A stretch of DNA of 62,168 nt, counting the filler, from Basidiobolus ranarum (lineage: Eukaryota): assembly GCA_040143965.1 (NCBI GenBank). It is 14 parts of 14 records of this genome, joined end to end, with 100 filler letters (N's around TTAATTAATTAA, not from the genome) between each part and the next. Parts side by side here need not be neighbours in the genome. Positions count along the whole stretch, not along the records: positions 8,920 to 13,277 come from JASJQH010008867.1; positions 13,378 to 17,733 come from JASJQH010008868.1; positions 17,834 to 22,183 come from JASJQH010008869.1; positions 22,284 to 26,633 come from JASJQH010008870.1; 10 more parts are not named here. The stretch is one strand, 5' to 3'. Both the position numbers and the translations under genes were made by a program. This document shows positions 11,360-24,632 of this stretch, in pieces. Numbering within the stretch: the stretch's first letter is position 1; each line of letters starts with the position of its first letter. The notes under the pieces are model-generated. The model saw only the letters and a list, made by a program, of their open reading frames with translations, was not told where the DNA came from and did no database searches.

Positions 11360-12060
11360 CAGAAGAAGGCACACTAGAAGTCATGAAGATAATAACCAAT
11401 GAAGTTCCATGCAATCTTGCCAGCATTGCTAATTTGAGCATAACCAGCCTTGCTAATCAAGTCTGCAGCCATGTTTCCATACCTTGTTACAGTGCCCTCA
11501 ACCAAGTGGGACTAAAGGTAGATCAAAATTAGTCAAGTTTGCCTATTTTTTGGTATGTTTAGTTTCATGGTTTGTCATCTATTCTTTTGTTTGCGTGATA
11601 TGAGATATATACATAAAGTGAAAATATGCGCAAATTCCTTAGTTCTGCTTTGAGGTACCTCAGGAACAAAGGAATGCAGTGATGGTCCATGAGCATGTAA
11701 TAGGCTCCAGGCACATCAATGTAATTGTTAGCCTTTTGAGTGCACCCACCCCATCCTTTGAGCTGAACATTCAACCAATCTTCCTTCTTTCCAGCTAGAG
11801 ATATAGCCTAAAATTCTGATACTTGCTCTACATTGCCACTAGGTTCATAATGAAGACCACATTTGAGCAAAGACTCTGCAATGTCAACCCATACTTCCAA
11901 TAGCACAACAATGAGTTTGTGTGAATAGGATTTAGCATATTGTGTTAGTGTGGGCTGGTTGCTTAGGTACAAAAATGGGCTAGTATTAGGCCATTCCACC
12001 TGTATGTTGCAATTATATATGGATTTCATATTTCTACCCAATTACTGGTACAAGTTGAAA
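11360..12060 (-). mobile_element. Possible degenerate non-LTR retrotransposon RNase H-like region
   Basis: Fragments KGWGG, YLKAEL and YGNMAADLISKAG occur in RNase HI motif order. Frameshifted and CpG-poor. Confidence 0.35.
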
Positions 12061-12346
12061 TGAGATACACATTAGCTTAATTTCACAATCAATTATTTGA
12101 TGTTGTAGCACCATGCTATATAGTGGGAACCAACCTGAGCAAATCCAATATAGCAGGCCCTAAGTAACAATGGAAGTTGCAGAAATCTACAGTGTCACTT
12201 AGCCTAACCCAACATAATGAGCCCTACCCAATGATGAATATAGCAACTAAATGTTGCTCAATATAAATCAGATAGATTAGATGAATTGTATATTATATTG
12301 AATAAGTTGTGGTTAGTCTATTTACATGGGTAAACAGCCATCTATC

Positions 12347-12693
12347 TGTCAAAGTATTTGGGTGCCTGTTGGAAGTGGTTTGGAGAATTAGGGAAATTGG
12401 TGATTTTCACTTATTGATATATCAAGTAGAGAGTTGACATTTATAATCTTTTCAAGATGTAAGCAAAATAACATGTAGAATGTGTTAAGGAAGATCCCAA
12501 AAACATGTGTGCACAGTTTGGGGCTTCTAGCCTAAGTTTGTAAAATCTATATATCTGATGACTTCTAAGTTGGTGTCAATATTCAAAGTAAATTACCTAT
12601 GAGAATAATTGATAGTTTCTAGTGAGATATAGGTAAACTAAGTACTAAGTTATATAAGACTATATAGGTTTGTGGGCAATGCTAATTTCAACA
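12347..12693 (-). mobile_element. Solo LTR, Copia family B
   Basis: Reverse complement of the 18165-18513 LTR, with TG..CA ends and a perfect 5-bp TSD CTATC. Confidence 0.93.
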
Positions 12694-13833
12694 CTATCAA
12701 CATGGAACTAGGTGTGTATATATTTTCACATGTTTCAGAGAGAAAAATCAAGTTAAGAATATGGGATCAGCAAGTGTATGCTACTGCACAATGTCAAACA
12801 TTCTGAGTGAATATGTAATTTTTTGTTAGCTGGTACTATGAATATATATTTGAAGGCAGTTAGTCAATAAGTGTTCATCACCAATCTGAATTCACTTAGG
12901 TATATAAAAGATACTTAGTAATATGGGGCCTCTAGTGTTAAAAAATCAATCTTAATATAGTGTCATTTATATACATTATTTCCTAGTAATCCTGGCTAAA
13001 TAGGTTCATAGTTTTACAACAACACTTAAGTTTGCATCACCTATGCAATTACTGCACAATAAGCATGTGAATCAAAAATCATGGCTTTCAGCTTGCTATA
13101 TGAGAGAGTTCAATCATTTGGGGGGATGAAAACATCAGCTTCTATGAAATTATTTGGCTTATATCTTAATGCAAATAGAGTACAAGCTTAGACAACAATC
13201 TCCTAAAACAGAGTGAAAGTATAAGTACATGTCTTTATTGACTCAGCTCTCAATGTATTCAACTTTTATAGATGTAGNNNNNNNNNNNNNNNNNNNNNNN
13301 NNNNNNNNNNNNNNNNNNNNNTTAATTAATTAANNNNNNNNNNNNNNNNNNNNNNNNNNNNNNNNNNNNNNNNNNNNTTGAATATTGTGCTACGCGTATT
13401 TTACTATTCGGCTAAATAAATAAATATGTTTCTGTTGGGTAAAGTAGCAAGTTTGTAACGGAATTTATACGATTTGATTTGATAGCAGATGTTGCCAATA
13501 ACTACAAGTATTCTTTTCATTAAACTTAAATAAAGCAAGCAGGTTTTGTGACGAGGTTGTTAATTTCCTATGTTCATTGGTGTATCAATTTCAAGATATA
13601 TTTAATTTTACCAAGGTGCTTCCTAGATAATATATATCTTGACAAGATGCTGAACTTCAATCAAATACTTATTTAACATTGTCACAGAGTGCAATTAGGA
13701 ATTATATATACAGTTGATTTAATATAGATGATCCCTATTTGGCCCCCTAATTTTTTTGGATTTTTTTCATGATATAGTTGATAAAGTCATAAATACAGAG
13801 CCGTTTGGAGTACAGGTTGGTAAATTCGGCATT

Positions 13834-15596
13834 ATGGAGAGTATTGATAATATCTCTGAGAAACCACAAGAACTTGAACTAGGAGAGGTAGTAGAGGAAA
13901 CACAGGTTGAATCTACGAGACGTTCGAAATGGGACTCAAATAGTGAATCGGAAACTGAACAACCAAAGCAAAAAAAGAAAAAGAAGAATAAACAACCCGT
14001 TTCACCTCCACCATTACAAGGACCACAGAGAGAATTCTCTAGGTCGCCTTCACCGCTTCCAGACCCTGAAGATTTTCCCGAATTCCGCGAACCCACACCT
14101 GAACCTATAACTCCCCCTAGACCTCAAGAGTATTACAATTATTTGCTTACTCCTAAACTTATGAGTTGCAGACACGTTGATAATTTCGAGAAATTGAACA
14201 AAATTTCGGAAGGATCTTATGGTGTAGTATATAGAGCACGAGACAGAGCTACCGGTGAGATTGTCGCGTTGAAAAGATTAAAATTAGACAAAGAAACAAA
14301 TGGCTTCCCTGTTACATCATTACGTGAATTGCATACTTTACTTTTAGCTAAACACCCAAACATCGTCAATGTAAGAGAAATCGTTGTTGGAGATTCGCTA
14401 AACAAGTATTTGAAATCAATATTTTTTGTACTTAAATTATCACTAACCAATTTCCTTTAGCATCTTTATTGTTATGGATTTCATAGAACATGACCTCAAG
14501 GCGCTCATGGAGGATATGAAATCGCCATTTTTACAATCAGAAATCAAAACACTTATGATTCAGTTGCTTTCGGCAATTGCGTTGCTCCATGACAACTGGA
14601 TAATACACAGAGATTTAAAAACATCGAATCTCTTGTTAAACAACCGAGGAGAAATCAAAGTAGCAGATTTTGGTTTAGCTCGTAAATATGGAAGTCCTTT
14701 AGGTCCTATGACTCAATTGGTTGTGACTCTTTGGTACCGGTTAGTGAAAAGTTTTTATTGTCAATATCTTACTAGATGATAATAATACAACGTTGTCTAG
14801 AGCACCCGAACTCCTCCTTGGAGCTAAAGAATATTCTACTGCAATCGATGTTTGGTCAGTAGGATGTATCTTTGGTGAACTCATTAACAATGAGCCGCTG
14901 TTTCCAGGACGTGGGGAAATCGAACAGTTGGATAAGGTAGATTTTGCTTATACTTTTAACCTGCAGACATAACTTAACCGAATTGCAGATATTCCGTCTT
15001 CTTGGCATGCCAAATGAAAAAATCTGGTCTGGTTTTTCTAAACTTCCGCATGCGCAAAATATTACATTTGTGAACCAACCGTAAGTTGTCTTCAATGTGT
15101 CTCTCATCTATGATGTTTGTGATATTGACTTTGCACATAGTTACAACAATCTGCGTAATCGATTTCCCTATTTGACGGAAGCAGGACTCGACTTACTCTC
15201 CAAGCTTTTAACTTACGATCCTGAAAAACGGATTACTGCGGAAGAGGCTCTTCAACACCCTTACTTCAAGTAAGATTATTCTCTCCATCTTCCTAGAAAC
15301 CATAGTAATGTTAATCCTTTATAGGGAAAGCCCGCTGCCCAAGGATCCCTCAATGTTTCCTACTTGGCCGTCTAAAGGAGCCGGAGAGAGGTAAGGAATG
15401 TATTTTGTCTTGTAGGGAAGAAATAGTTTAACTCACCCGTATTTCTCTTCAATATAGACGCAAATCCTGTGCCAGTCCGTCAGCACCGCAAGCAGCACAC
15501 GGAATGGATAATCTGGATGATGAAGAGCGTGGAATATTAGATTCCATACTTGATTATCAAGGGACTGAATCAATGGGCTTTAGATTGAAAGTATAG
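13834..15596 (+). CDS. CDK11: Cyclin-dependent kinase 11 (PITSLRE family), 7 exons: 13834-14405, 14461-14739, 14801-14936, 14989-15080, 15141-15269, 15325-15390, 15458-15596
   Basis: [48 protein letters not shown] and C-terminal GFRLKV*. All introns are GT-AG and splice in frame. Confidence 0.93.
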
Positions 15597-16233
15597 TCTA
15601 GTCCATGTATCCCTGTCCCTACTGACCTCTGTACTTTATCGCTATATCTATCAATGATCTTGTTCCTTTTCTTTTCGTGCTGAAGTGTAAATAAAGCATA
15701 CCTCATTCCATAATTTTGGTCATCATGGAGGTTGATCATGTTACACTGTGTGGTAGTGCTCCGATAAGGGTTAAGGATATGAAATTGGTATTAAAGTGAG
15801 TCAAACCAGATTTAGGGTTAGGATATTATACAAATCAATCAATCCTATAGTTTCATTTACTAGGCTTAGGGTTAGGCTGTAAATACTCGGTAACGATATA
15901 AAAACCCTATAAATAATAAAAGCCAAACCCTATAAATAATAAAAGCTTTATCTTTACAATAATAAAAGCCAAACACTACGCAAATTGCAACAATAATCGA
16001 TCATTTCGGCATGTAAGGTTAGTATGTTTTCAATAGTGTGGATATTTCGTATTTCTGCAGTTTGGTACAGAGACATGACTAATTAGTCTAGTTGACTGCC
16101 ATAGCATAAAGTGACATCACAAGTGCTACCAGGATATAGTGTACATATGAATTTATTCAAGTTTAAAGTTGTTTGGACAAAAACGAATTTACATGATAAT
16201 ACAAGGATAATAGCTCAATACACTCTGTAGAGT

Positions 16234-16506
16234 TCAGATTTTGTTAGGACGAAGTGGACTCCACAGTTCTTCCTTAAGGTGAGCATAGGTGATGGTAGAG
16301 GGAGTTCCGTGTTTGAATTGAGAGCTGAAGTTTCCATAAAGCTCCTCTTCAATGACGACGCTGGATCTCAATGCCTGCTTCATCTGCTGATTTTTTTTCA
16401 TGATGGCAATTGCTGCATTAGGATCCACATATTCACCCTGTCTGGCGAGGCGGCTTGATTGATTTATAGCTTGACGTGAGGATCTTAAGATGGATGAGAT
16501 AAACAT
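16234..16506 (-). CDS. Small uncharacterised protein (90 aa) with mitochondrial-presequence-like N-terminus, paralog A
   Basis: Intact ORF with an Arg/Ser-rich, acid-free N-terminus. Paralogous to 16850-17203 (LRSSRQ, ARQGE.DPNAA.A.MKK). Confidence 0.75.
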   Translation of the reverse strand: MFISSILRSSRQAINQSSRLARQGEYVDPNAAIAIMKKNQQMKQALRSSVVIEEELYGNFSSQFKHGTPSTITYAHLKEELWSPLRPNKI

Positions 16507-16849
16507 GTGTATATTGGAAATTCAATACGAGTAACTCTCGAGAGGGGGTGTCGATACTTATAATCTTTTGGAGATGTTCAAGTGACTACTGTCCAGCGAA
16601 ATTTGAAACGAAAGCTCATCGTGGAAGACAATCAAAGTGCTTCTACTGGCTGCCCCTAAAGAATTAAGAGACTGAAGCTACCAATTAGCTCAATTAGCCC
16701 AATTTGTATGTTTGCCTATACATTTTTATACTCAAATGTTTGGTTCATGTCCACGTGATTCTCTGACTCACTTTCGTGTGACTAGCTTTTGACTTATAAT
16801 AACTATAAGAATAAACTTTGATATTTTATTTACTTGGAATTTTACATGA

Positions 16850-17203
16850 TTAGTGATAAGGTAGCATTACGACTAATGGTATTGGCTCACTATGATTAAG
16901 ATTGCTGGTTGGTTCATGGCTTGCTCGAACGTAAGGGACTCCACATTTCATCTTTTGAGTCGACAGACGCAGAGGAAGGTGCGGTGCCACTTTTGATTTG
17001 GGAGCTAACATTTCCACTGAACTTTCTTCAACAGATACACGCTTAGCATCCTCAGCTCCTTTTTTTAAGGTTTCTTTCACTTGCTGGGTTTTTTTCATGA
17101 CTGCGACGGCAGCATTAGGGTCGATACGTTCACCTTGTCGTGCAATGTGGTTTGCGTGGTTGGCAACTTGGCGGGAACTGCGTAAAATGTAAGAGTTAAA
17201 CAT
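16850..17203 (-). CDS. Small uncharacterised protein, paralog B, apparently frameshifted near 17025
   Basis: N-half matches paralog A. The homologous C-terminus FSGNVSSQIKSGT...DEMWSPLRSSKP* lies in another frame and ends at 16914. Confidence 0.65.
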   Translation of the reverse strand: MFNSYILRSSRQVANHANHIARQGERIDPNAAVAVMKKTQQVKETLKKGAEDAKRVSVEESSVEMLAPKSKVAPHLPLRLSTQKMKCGVPYVRASHEPTSNLNHSEPIPLVVMLPYH

Positions 17204-17833
17204 GTTTTCCTTTTCTTAGTGTTTGAGGGATTCTTTTTATAAGCACCAACACCAACGCTAGCTATATAGTATGGTAGAGACGTCACCCTGTTGTAGATAT
17301 TGCTGTATTACACAGACCACATACACAATGTGGGAATTAGTGGCCAATGAGTTGTCACTATGACGAAATTCGATGATTGATACTGTCCACATGATGAAAC
17401 TAAATATTGATATTTACAACTACGTAGGTGATATTTTTGGACCATAATAGTGGGACAATGTTTGGGATTAAATTCTATCAGTCCAGCAATCGCTTCTTGT
17501 GTTCATGTTTATTCAAGTGACTTCTTGGTGCAACATGTTGCATGTCACAGTCTTGGTGACCAAGCCTGCTCCTTACCCAATTCAATTGACGTCAACGAAA
17601 CTACATGCACAAAGCGAGGGTAGGTTCATTTGCAATTGGCATCTACTGAGAGTTGGATGGGTTGTATTTGCTTTATTCGTATGACACACTGGTGGCGCTG
17701 TAGGTCAGCTGAGATGCCAGCTAGTCTGCTAAGNNNNNNNNNNNNNNNNNNNNNNNNNNNNNNNNNNNNNNNNNNNNTTAATTAATTAANNNNNNNNNNN
17801 NNNNNNNNNNNNNNNNNNNNNNNNNNNNNNNNN

Positions 17834-18513
17834 CTGCCTGTGAAGCAACAAAAGAAGCAATATGGTTAAGAAAACTCTTAACAGATTTGGGTTATTCCCA
17901 AAATTCACCAACTATAATATTTCAAGATAATCAAAGTTGTATCAAATTAGCTAAAAATCCCATGTTTCATAATAGAAGCAAACACATAGATATTAAGCAT
18001 CACTTCATTAGAGAGACTATAGAGAATAAGTTTATTGACTTAACTTATTGTTCTACAGAAGACATGATTGCTGATATATTAACCAAACCATTAGCTAGAC
18101 AGAAATTTGAGAAATTTAGACCTTTATTAGGATTAGTTTATATGACTATTTAGTTGAGGGAGAGTGTTGAAATTAGCATTGCCTAAACACCTATATAGTC
18201 ATATATAGCTTAGTACTTAGTTATCTTGTAATTCACTAAGATATTATCAATTATTCTCAATCGGAATTTACTTAGAATATTTTTACCAACTTAGAAGTTC
18301 TCAGATATATAGATTTTTCAAACTTGTGCTAGAAGCCCCAAACTTTGCACACATGTTCCTGGGACCTTCCTTAACATATTCTACATGTTAGTTTGTTTAC
18401 ATCTTGACAAAACTATAAATGTCAACTTTCTACTCAATAAATCAATAAGTGAAAAACCACCAATTCCTCTAATTCTCCAAACCACTTCCAACAGGCTCCC
18501 AAATACTTTAACA
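17834..18513 (+). mobile_element. Ty1/Copia 3' end: RNase H (to 18153), PPT GAGGGAGAG, family B 3' LTR 18165-18513
   Basis: KEAIWLR..DNQSCIKLAKNP.FH.RSKHIDIKHHFIRE..EDMIADILTKPL*. LTR ends TGTTG...TAACA, and partial tandem LTR copies follow to ~18850. Confidence 0.95.
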
Positions 18514-20279
18514 GACACATGCCGTATGTTAGATTGCTTACATCTTGACAAAACTATGCTCCTGGGGCCTTTCTAAGCATATTCTACATGTTAGTTTGCA
18601 TACATCTTGACAAAACTATAAATGTCAACTATGAACTCAATAGATCAATAAGTAACAACCACCAATTTCTCTGATTCCCTAAACCACTTGCAACAAGTTC
18701 CCAAATACTTTGACACTAGGGGCCTCAATCTTTGCACACAGTTATGTGTGACCTCTCTTACCACATTCTGCATACTTTTTTGCTGTTATTGTGACAAAAA
18801 ATTAGCCCGCCCCTTGCTGCTCTATCAATCAATAAGTGATAGATTAATTCAAATACAGTGATACTATGACAGATATTCCAAATGGCTCAAATATGATCTT
18901 AATATACAGAATGAAATTCTATGGAGATGCAATTAGCTTGCAATGTCTCCAATATACCTTGGTATACCTGAACTCATATTATTAATCAGTGTAAAGTACA
19001 CAGCTAAATAAACATTGCTTTATAGGGATTGTATTCAGCAGAAACCTTTCAAATCTTGTAAATTTGGCACATGCATAAGAACATTCTGACTACAGTCAAA
19101 TAGCTAGTGCACAAATATCTTCCTTGTTCAAGCATTTGATCCTAGGTTTGGTCATTGTCTTTTTGTCACTTGCTATTTGACAAAACCAGAAAAAATCCAA
19201 ATATGCACTCAAAGGAATTTATGTCTACAAAATGCCCATATCAATGGAATAGGCTTTTTCTGTAGCCAAGTTACTGTTAGTAAATAAATATTCTATGCAA
19301 CTGATATTGAAGGATATAAAGATTGGAAGCTTAACAGACAACATTAGTTATATATACCCCTTGAATGCTAGCATCACTGGATTTTTTCTATTGCTCCATT
19401 GCTTGTTGCTGATACAATCAGTTGCAAATATGCTACAGAACCATCCCACAATTGTTATTTGCTAAATCAATGATTGAGAATCCAAGGAAATACAAGTAAT
19501 ATATTATTGCACTGTTATTGCAATTTTGATGACTGTATCATAGGCATATAGGTACATGCAGCCTGATTTTATTAAAGTTGTATCTATGAAGATGTATTTC
19601 TAGTGTAGAATCAGTACATTAAGCATATATCTGCAGTGCATAAGAAACTAATAAAACCCCATTTAAGATATACCATATGTCCCATACATATCTACCAATT
19701 GACCTTAGGATTTACATGAGTTAATGTATAAACAAGCATGCTGACTACATTTTTGACAAATGCTAGAATGTAGCTTTTGGTTGATGGTCAATTGTGTAAA
19801 TGTACCAAGTTCTTGTTGATTAGAGAGAGAAAATACTGGTTTGCATGTTTTCTGAGGGTACTCCAGGATTGAAAAAATAATGGAGAGGTATTAGAGGTAT
19901 AGACTAGTATAAAACCATTAGCTTCACAAATTACAATACAGATTGTTACATGTAGCATAGCCAGTGTATTCTTTTGATTATGCAAACACTAGTAGAGGGT
20001 GTCAGCTCACCATGATATACTTATGGAACATTTACATACTGTTTTATTGAATGAAGTAGTTGTATCTACATTTAATGAGTAATAATAACTGAGATAGATT
20101 TGAATGATGTTAAAGAGGACAGAGTGCTTGTCTCATTGACTGTTGCCTCTCCTCACCATAAGTCATAGTACTCTTAAACATACTTTGATTTCTGCTTGCA
20201 GATTACCCAGTAATTATGAGTACATTGAACTTGCACAATGTTATTTACAAATTAGTCTTCAATTTGTTATGAAAATGAC

Positions 20280-20549
20280 TGTTGAATTATTGTGGGAGTT
20301 GTTGGAAGTGATTTGGAGAACTAGCAGAATTGGTGCTTTTCACTTACTGATTTATTAAGTGCAAGCTGGCATTTACACTTTTATCAAGAAGTAGATAAAC
20401 TAAAGTGCAGAGTACAAAGTTTGAGAAAATCATATAATCTGAGAACTTCTAAGTAAATTCTTCATGAAGATATTGAATAATAACATAGAGAAGTTTGGGT
20501 AGCTAACTACAAGGATATATAGATGCTTTAGGCTATGTCATTTTCAACA
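20280..20549 (-). mobile_element. Degenerate solo LTR, family B
   Basis: Homologous to family B with an internal deletion; flanks ATGAC/ATGAT. Confidence 0.8.
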
Positions 20550-20693
20550 ATGATAAGCTACTTCTAATCTGAAGCACAGTATTAAGTGTCCAACTACTTT
20601 GTAGCCTGGAATATTCTTGGTGTTGATGAGTTGTGTTTTTCACTTCAATAAATTGAATCATAAATGGGTGAAGTACTAGTTATAGACAAAGAC

Positions 20694-21022
20694 TGTTGAA
20701 ACTAGCATTGCCTAAACACCTATATAGTCATATATAGCTTAGTACTTAGTTATCTTATAATGAACTAAGATATTATCCATTATTCTCATAAGGAATTTAC
20801 TTAGAAGTTTGAAGATATATAGATTTTTCAAACTTGTGCTAAAAGCCCCAAACTTTGCACACATGTTCCTGGGACCTTCCTTAACACATTCTACACGTTA
20901 GTTTGTTTACATCTTGACAAAACTATGAATGTCAACTTTCTACTCAATAAATCAATAAGTAAAAACCACCAATTTCTCTAATTCTCCAAACCACTTCCAA
21001 CAGGCTCCCAAATACTTTAACA
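20694..21022 (+). mobile_element. Solo LTR, family B
   Basis: TGTTG...TAACA with a perfect 5-bp TSD AAGAC. Confidence 0.93.
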
Positions 21023-22283
21023 AAGACAGCATCGCTTAAACTACATACAGCACTGCTTATTGAGTTCTAGCCAATGCATCTCCTGCGTACTAGAGTGCTA
21101 ATATGATGCAATCACTACATTATCTTATATTAGATGCAAATTTCAACCACAAAGGGGTATGTGATATATACTGGTTGATATAGTTTGTAGTACAATGATT
21201 TCCGAAAATGCTTGGAAATAAACGTAAATATCACCATACCTTCAGCAGTATATCCCAAATACTGCGATATTGACTTTCTCCTTGACATTCGATAGAGGGA
21301 TTTTAAGACACGGTATAGCAATATATATATATATATCCGATAGTTGTATACAGCCATTAGAAAAATTCGCGGCTTCACATATAACTTGAAGTTGACAGTG
21401 TTATTTTGTTTCAGGTAAATTTCGGCAAGAACATCATCCCTCGTATAGAAGCAAATCATTGAAAGAGTAACAAGCTCCGCAAGTAACTTTAATGGCTTAG
21501 CATTAGCTATTTCTCACGTATAATCCTAGTAAACACAACTGGATTTGTGGCCAAAATTAGGACAACAAACGTTCGCATGGCCACAACTAGCGAAAATAGT
21601 GAGCAAGTTAAGAGCTTGTTTATGCAGAATGGCTGGCTGAAATAGGCACAGTATGATCATTTCAAACCATCTGGAAGGTTAGGCATCATTGATCTTAGCA
21701 AAACAAGCAACAGGTTAGCAGCTTTAGTGAGAATTGACTTCGAGTTAGCTCATTTCGTGAAAGAAGGGATATCCAAAATCTCGCCTAAATAAAGCTCAGC
21801 CCTCACCCCACCTGAATGAAACAATAAGCCTTTATTCTGGCTTCAGCGATCCTTTCGCTTAAACAAAGGTTACAGTCACGGGTTGAGCACGCCCAAAAAG
21901 GAATTATCTTACCCCCAGCTTGTCCTCCAATTGTTCACAACAAAATATATGCTCAAGCCCATCATCCCGAAGCACCACAGCTGTATTTCCAACTCTGAGA
22001 AGGAGCATACAAGAAATTTGATAATCGAGATACTTTCGCCTGTTATTGCAAGGTACGATCAATGGACTGCAACGAACTCAGCAACCGTGGTAGCCACCAT
22101 CAGTAAAATGGTTGATTGCATTCAAAAGAGACCTAACCAACTCTTAGGTAATTTGAGCTAGGAATTTTGTATGTGCACTGCCANNNNNNNNNNNNNNNNN
22201 NNNNNNNNNNNNNNNNNNNNNNNNNNNTTAATTAATTAANNNNNNNNNNNNNNNNNNNNNNNNNNNNNNNNNNNNNNNNNNNN

Positions 22284-24632
22284 AGGTTGAATCTGTTCTG
22301 TCTTGGGATATTCCCAAGAATGTGAAGGATGTCCAATCTTTCCTTGGATTTGCAAACTTTTACCAATGGTTTGTCAAGAACTACTCCAAGATATTTGCTC
22401 CATTAATAAACCTCACAAAGAAAGAACTCCCAATTGACACAAACCTATCTTGCTAACAAGCATGGTTTGCCAAGAACTACTCCAAAATATCTGTTCCATT
22501 AACAAACCTTACAAAGAAAGAACACCCATTTGACCGGAACCCATCTTGCCAAAAAGCATTTGTAACTTCAAAGAGTGCTTTTACCTCAGCACTAATCCTG
22601 GTACATCCCAAGCTAGACAAGCCATATATTGTGGCAACCAATGCACCTAACTTTGCTCTAGGAGCGGTACTATCAAAGTTTGATGATGACAACTTACTGC
22701 ACCCTGTTGCCTTTTACTCAAAAAGTTCTCTGCTGCAGAAATTAACTGTGACAGCTATGACAAGGAACTATTAGCAATCATTGCTGGGTTTGAAAAATAG
22801 CAACAAACTTGGATCAAGCAAATTACAAAATCCCAGATTATTGTGATCAAAAGAGTCTTCAGTATTTTAGTACAACTAAAGTTCTCAACCATTGTCAAGC
22901 AAGATGGTGATTATTTCTTGCCAGTTTTGATTTTGTGATTATATATTGACCAGGTAGCCAGCATGGAAAACCTGATGCCTTATTATGTAGAGCAGATATC
23001 AGCCTAAAGAAGGGGATGAGGCCTTTGGCCAACAAAATACTTCCTTACTGAAGCCCCACCAACTGCAAATTAGTGCAACTGCCCTTTCCCTGCCTAGTTC
23101 AAGCACATTCCATGAATACATCTGCAAACTTCAATCTGAAGACTGATTGGTAATATCAATCAAGGAAGCCCAGGAAACACCCAAAGACCTCTCAAGCTTG
23201 AACCTGTACCACCATTTCACTATCATCATTGATCTCTTGTTTTATAAGAAGCACCTTTACATTCCAGCCTCAGAATCATGCAGGAAAGACATGACTCACC
23301 ACTTGCAGGACACTTTGGTGTTGCCAAATCATATATGTTGGCATCCAGGGATTATTGGCAGCCCAAAATGTTTGAATTTGTCAAGACATATGTTTCCACC
23401 TGTGATACTTATGCTTGAGTGAAGACTCCAAGACATCAGCCCTATGCCCTCCTACAGCCCCCTCCAACTCCTAATCAGCAGTGGAAATGCATATCCTTGG
23501 ATTTTGTAACTGATCTACCCTTGTCTGCCAAATTCAATTCAATTCTGGTAGTTGTTGACTATCTAACAAAGATGGCCCACTTTGTGCCCTGCAACAAATC
23601 AATTGATGCAAAACAAATAGCAGAATTAGTAACTCAAAACATCTTCTGCTTAGATGGACTCCCTGAAACTATCATCTCTGACCAAGGACCTCAGTTTGCT
23701 TCCAAATTCTGGAAGAGTCTCCTTGATACCTTAGGTATCTCTGCCAATCTCTCCACTGCCTTCCATCCCCAATCTGATGGCCAAACAGAAAGAGGCAATT
23801 AAGTTTTGGAACAATGTTTGTAATGCACTACCAACTATACTCAGAATAATTGGACACAGCTCTTGCCTCTTGCTGAACTTGCTTACAGTAGCTCTTATCG
23901 TACCTCAACAAAGCAAACTCCTTTCTTTGCTAAATATGGATTCCATCCATGTTTCACAACTCACCCACCCTCCAATCTACCTTGCCCTGCTGCCTCAGAC
24001 CATGCCACTTTCCTTAAGCACATCCATAAACAATTACTACCTGAATTGGAGCATGCTCAATCTTAATACATGAACTTGACTGATAAGAAACAAAAGCCAA
24101 TCCCAGATCTCAAGCCAGCAGATTATGTTTGGCAACTCCAGAATAATATTGAAACCACTAGACCTTGTGATAAACTTGCTCATAAAAGACTAGGGCCTTT
24201 TGAGATTATTAAGCAAATCAATTCAGTAGCCTTCCACCTTGAACTCCCAGCCCATTTCAAAGTCCACAATATATTCTATGTGTCTCTCTTGGAGCCACAT
24301 GCCAGAAACACCTTCCAGGGCCAATCCATTGACCCACCCCCAGCAATCCAAGTGGAAGAACATCTGAATATGAAATTAGCAAAATTCTAGCATCCAGAAT
24401 TTATTGATGTAAATTGCAATATTTAGTGGACTGGAAGGGATAACTCAACAAATGATCAATTACGGGAGCCAGCAACAAATCTTTCCAATTCCAAGAAACT
24501 TTGCCAGGAATTTCATGAAGCCTACCCCAAAAAACCTGGCCCTATGATGTCTGGAAGCCATCACTAAAGAAGGGGTTACTGTCATGATTTGATCTCAGCA
24601 TACTGATCCACTGCAAATAGAACTCATCTATT
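22284..24632 (+). mobile_element. Degenerate Ty3/Gypsy chromovirus pol (RT end, RNase H, integrase, chromodomain), PPT 24566-24575, 3' LTR start 24580
   Basis: VQSFLGFANFY, YDKELLAI, ISLDFVTDLP, STAFHPQSDGQTER, GPFEII, chromodomain LQYLVDWKG and FHEAYPKKPGP. AAAGAAGGGG precedes TGTCATG. Confidence 0.93.

Noticed and set aside
17060..17070. Programmed -1 frameshift at the A7 run in paralog B
   Set aside because: A -1 shift there meets TGA within two codons, and homology places the frame change ~40 nt further on.
21130..22183. Host gene at the end of contig 5
   Set aside because: CpG-containing and possibly a gene relic, but the frames are interrupted and I could not assign a family.
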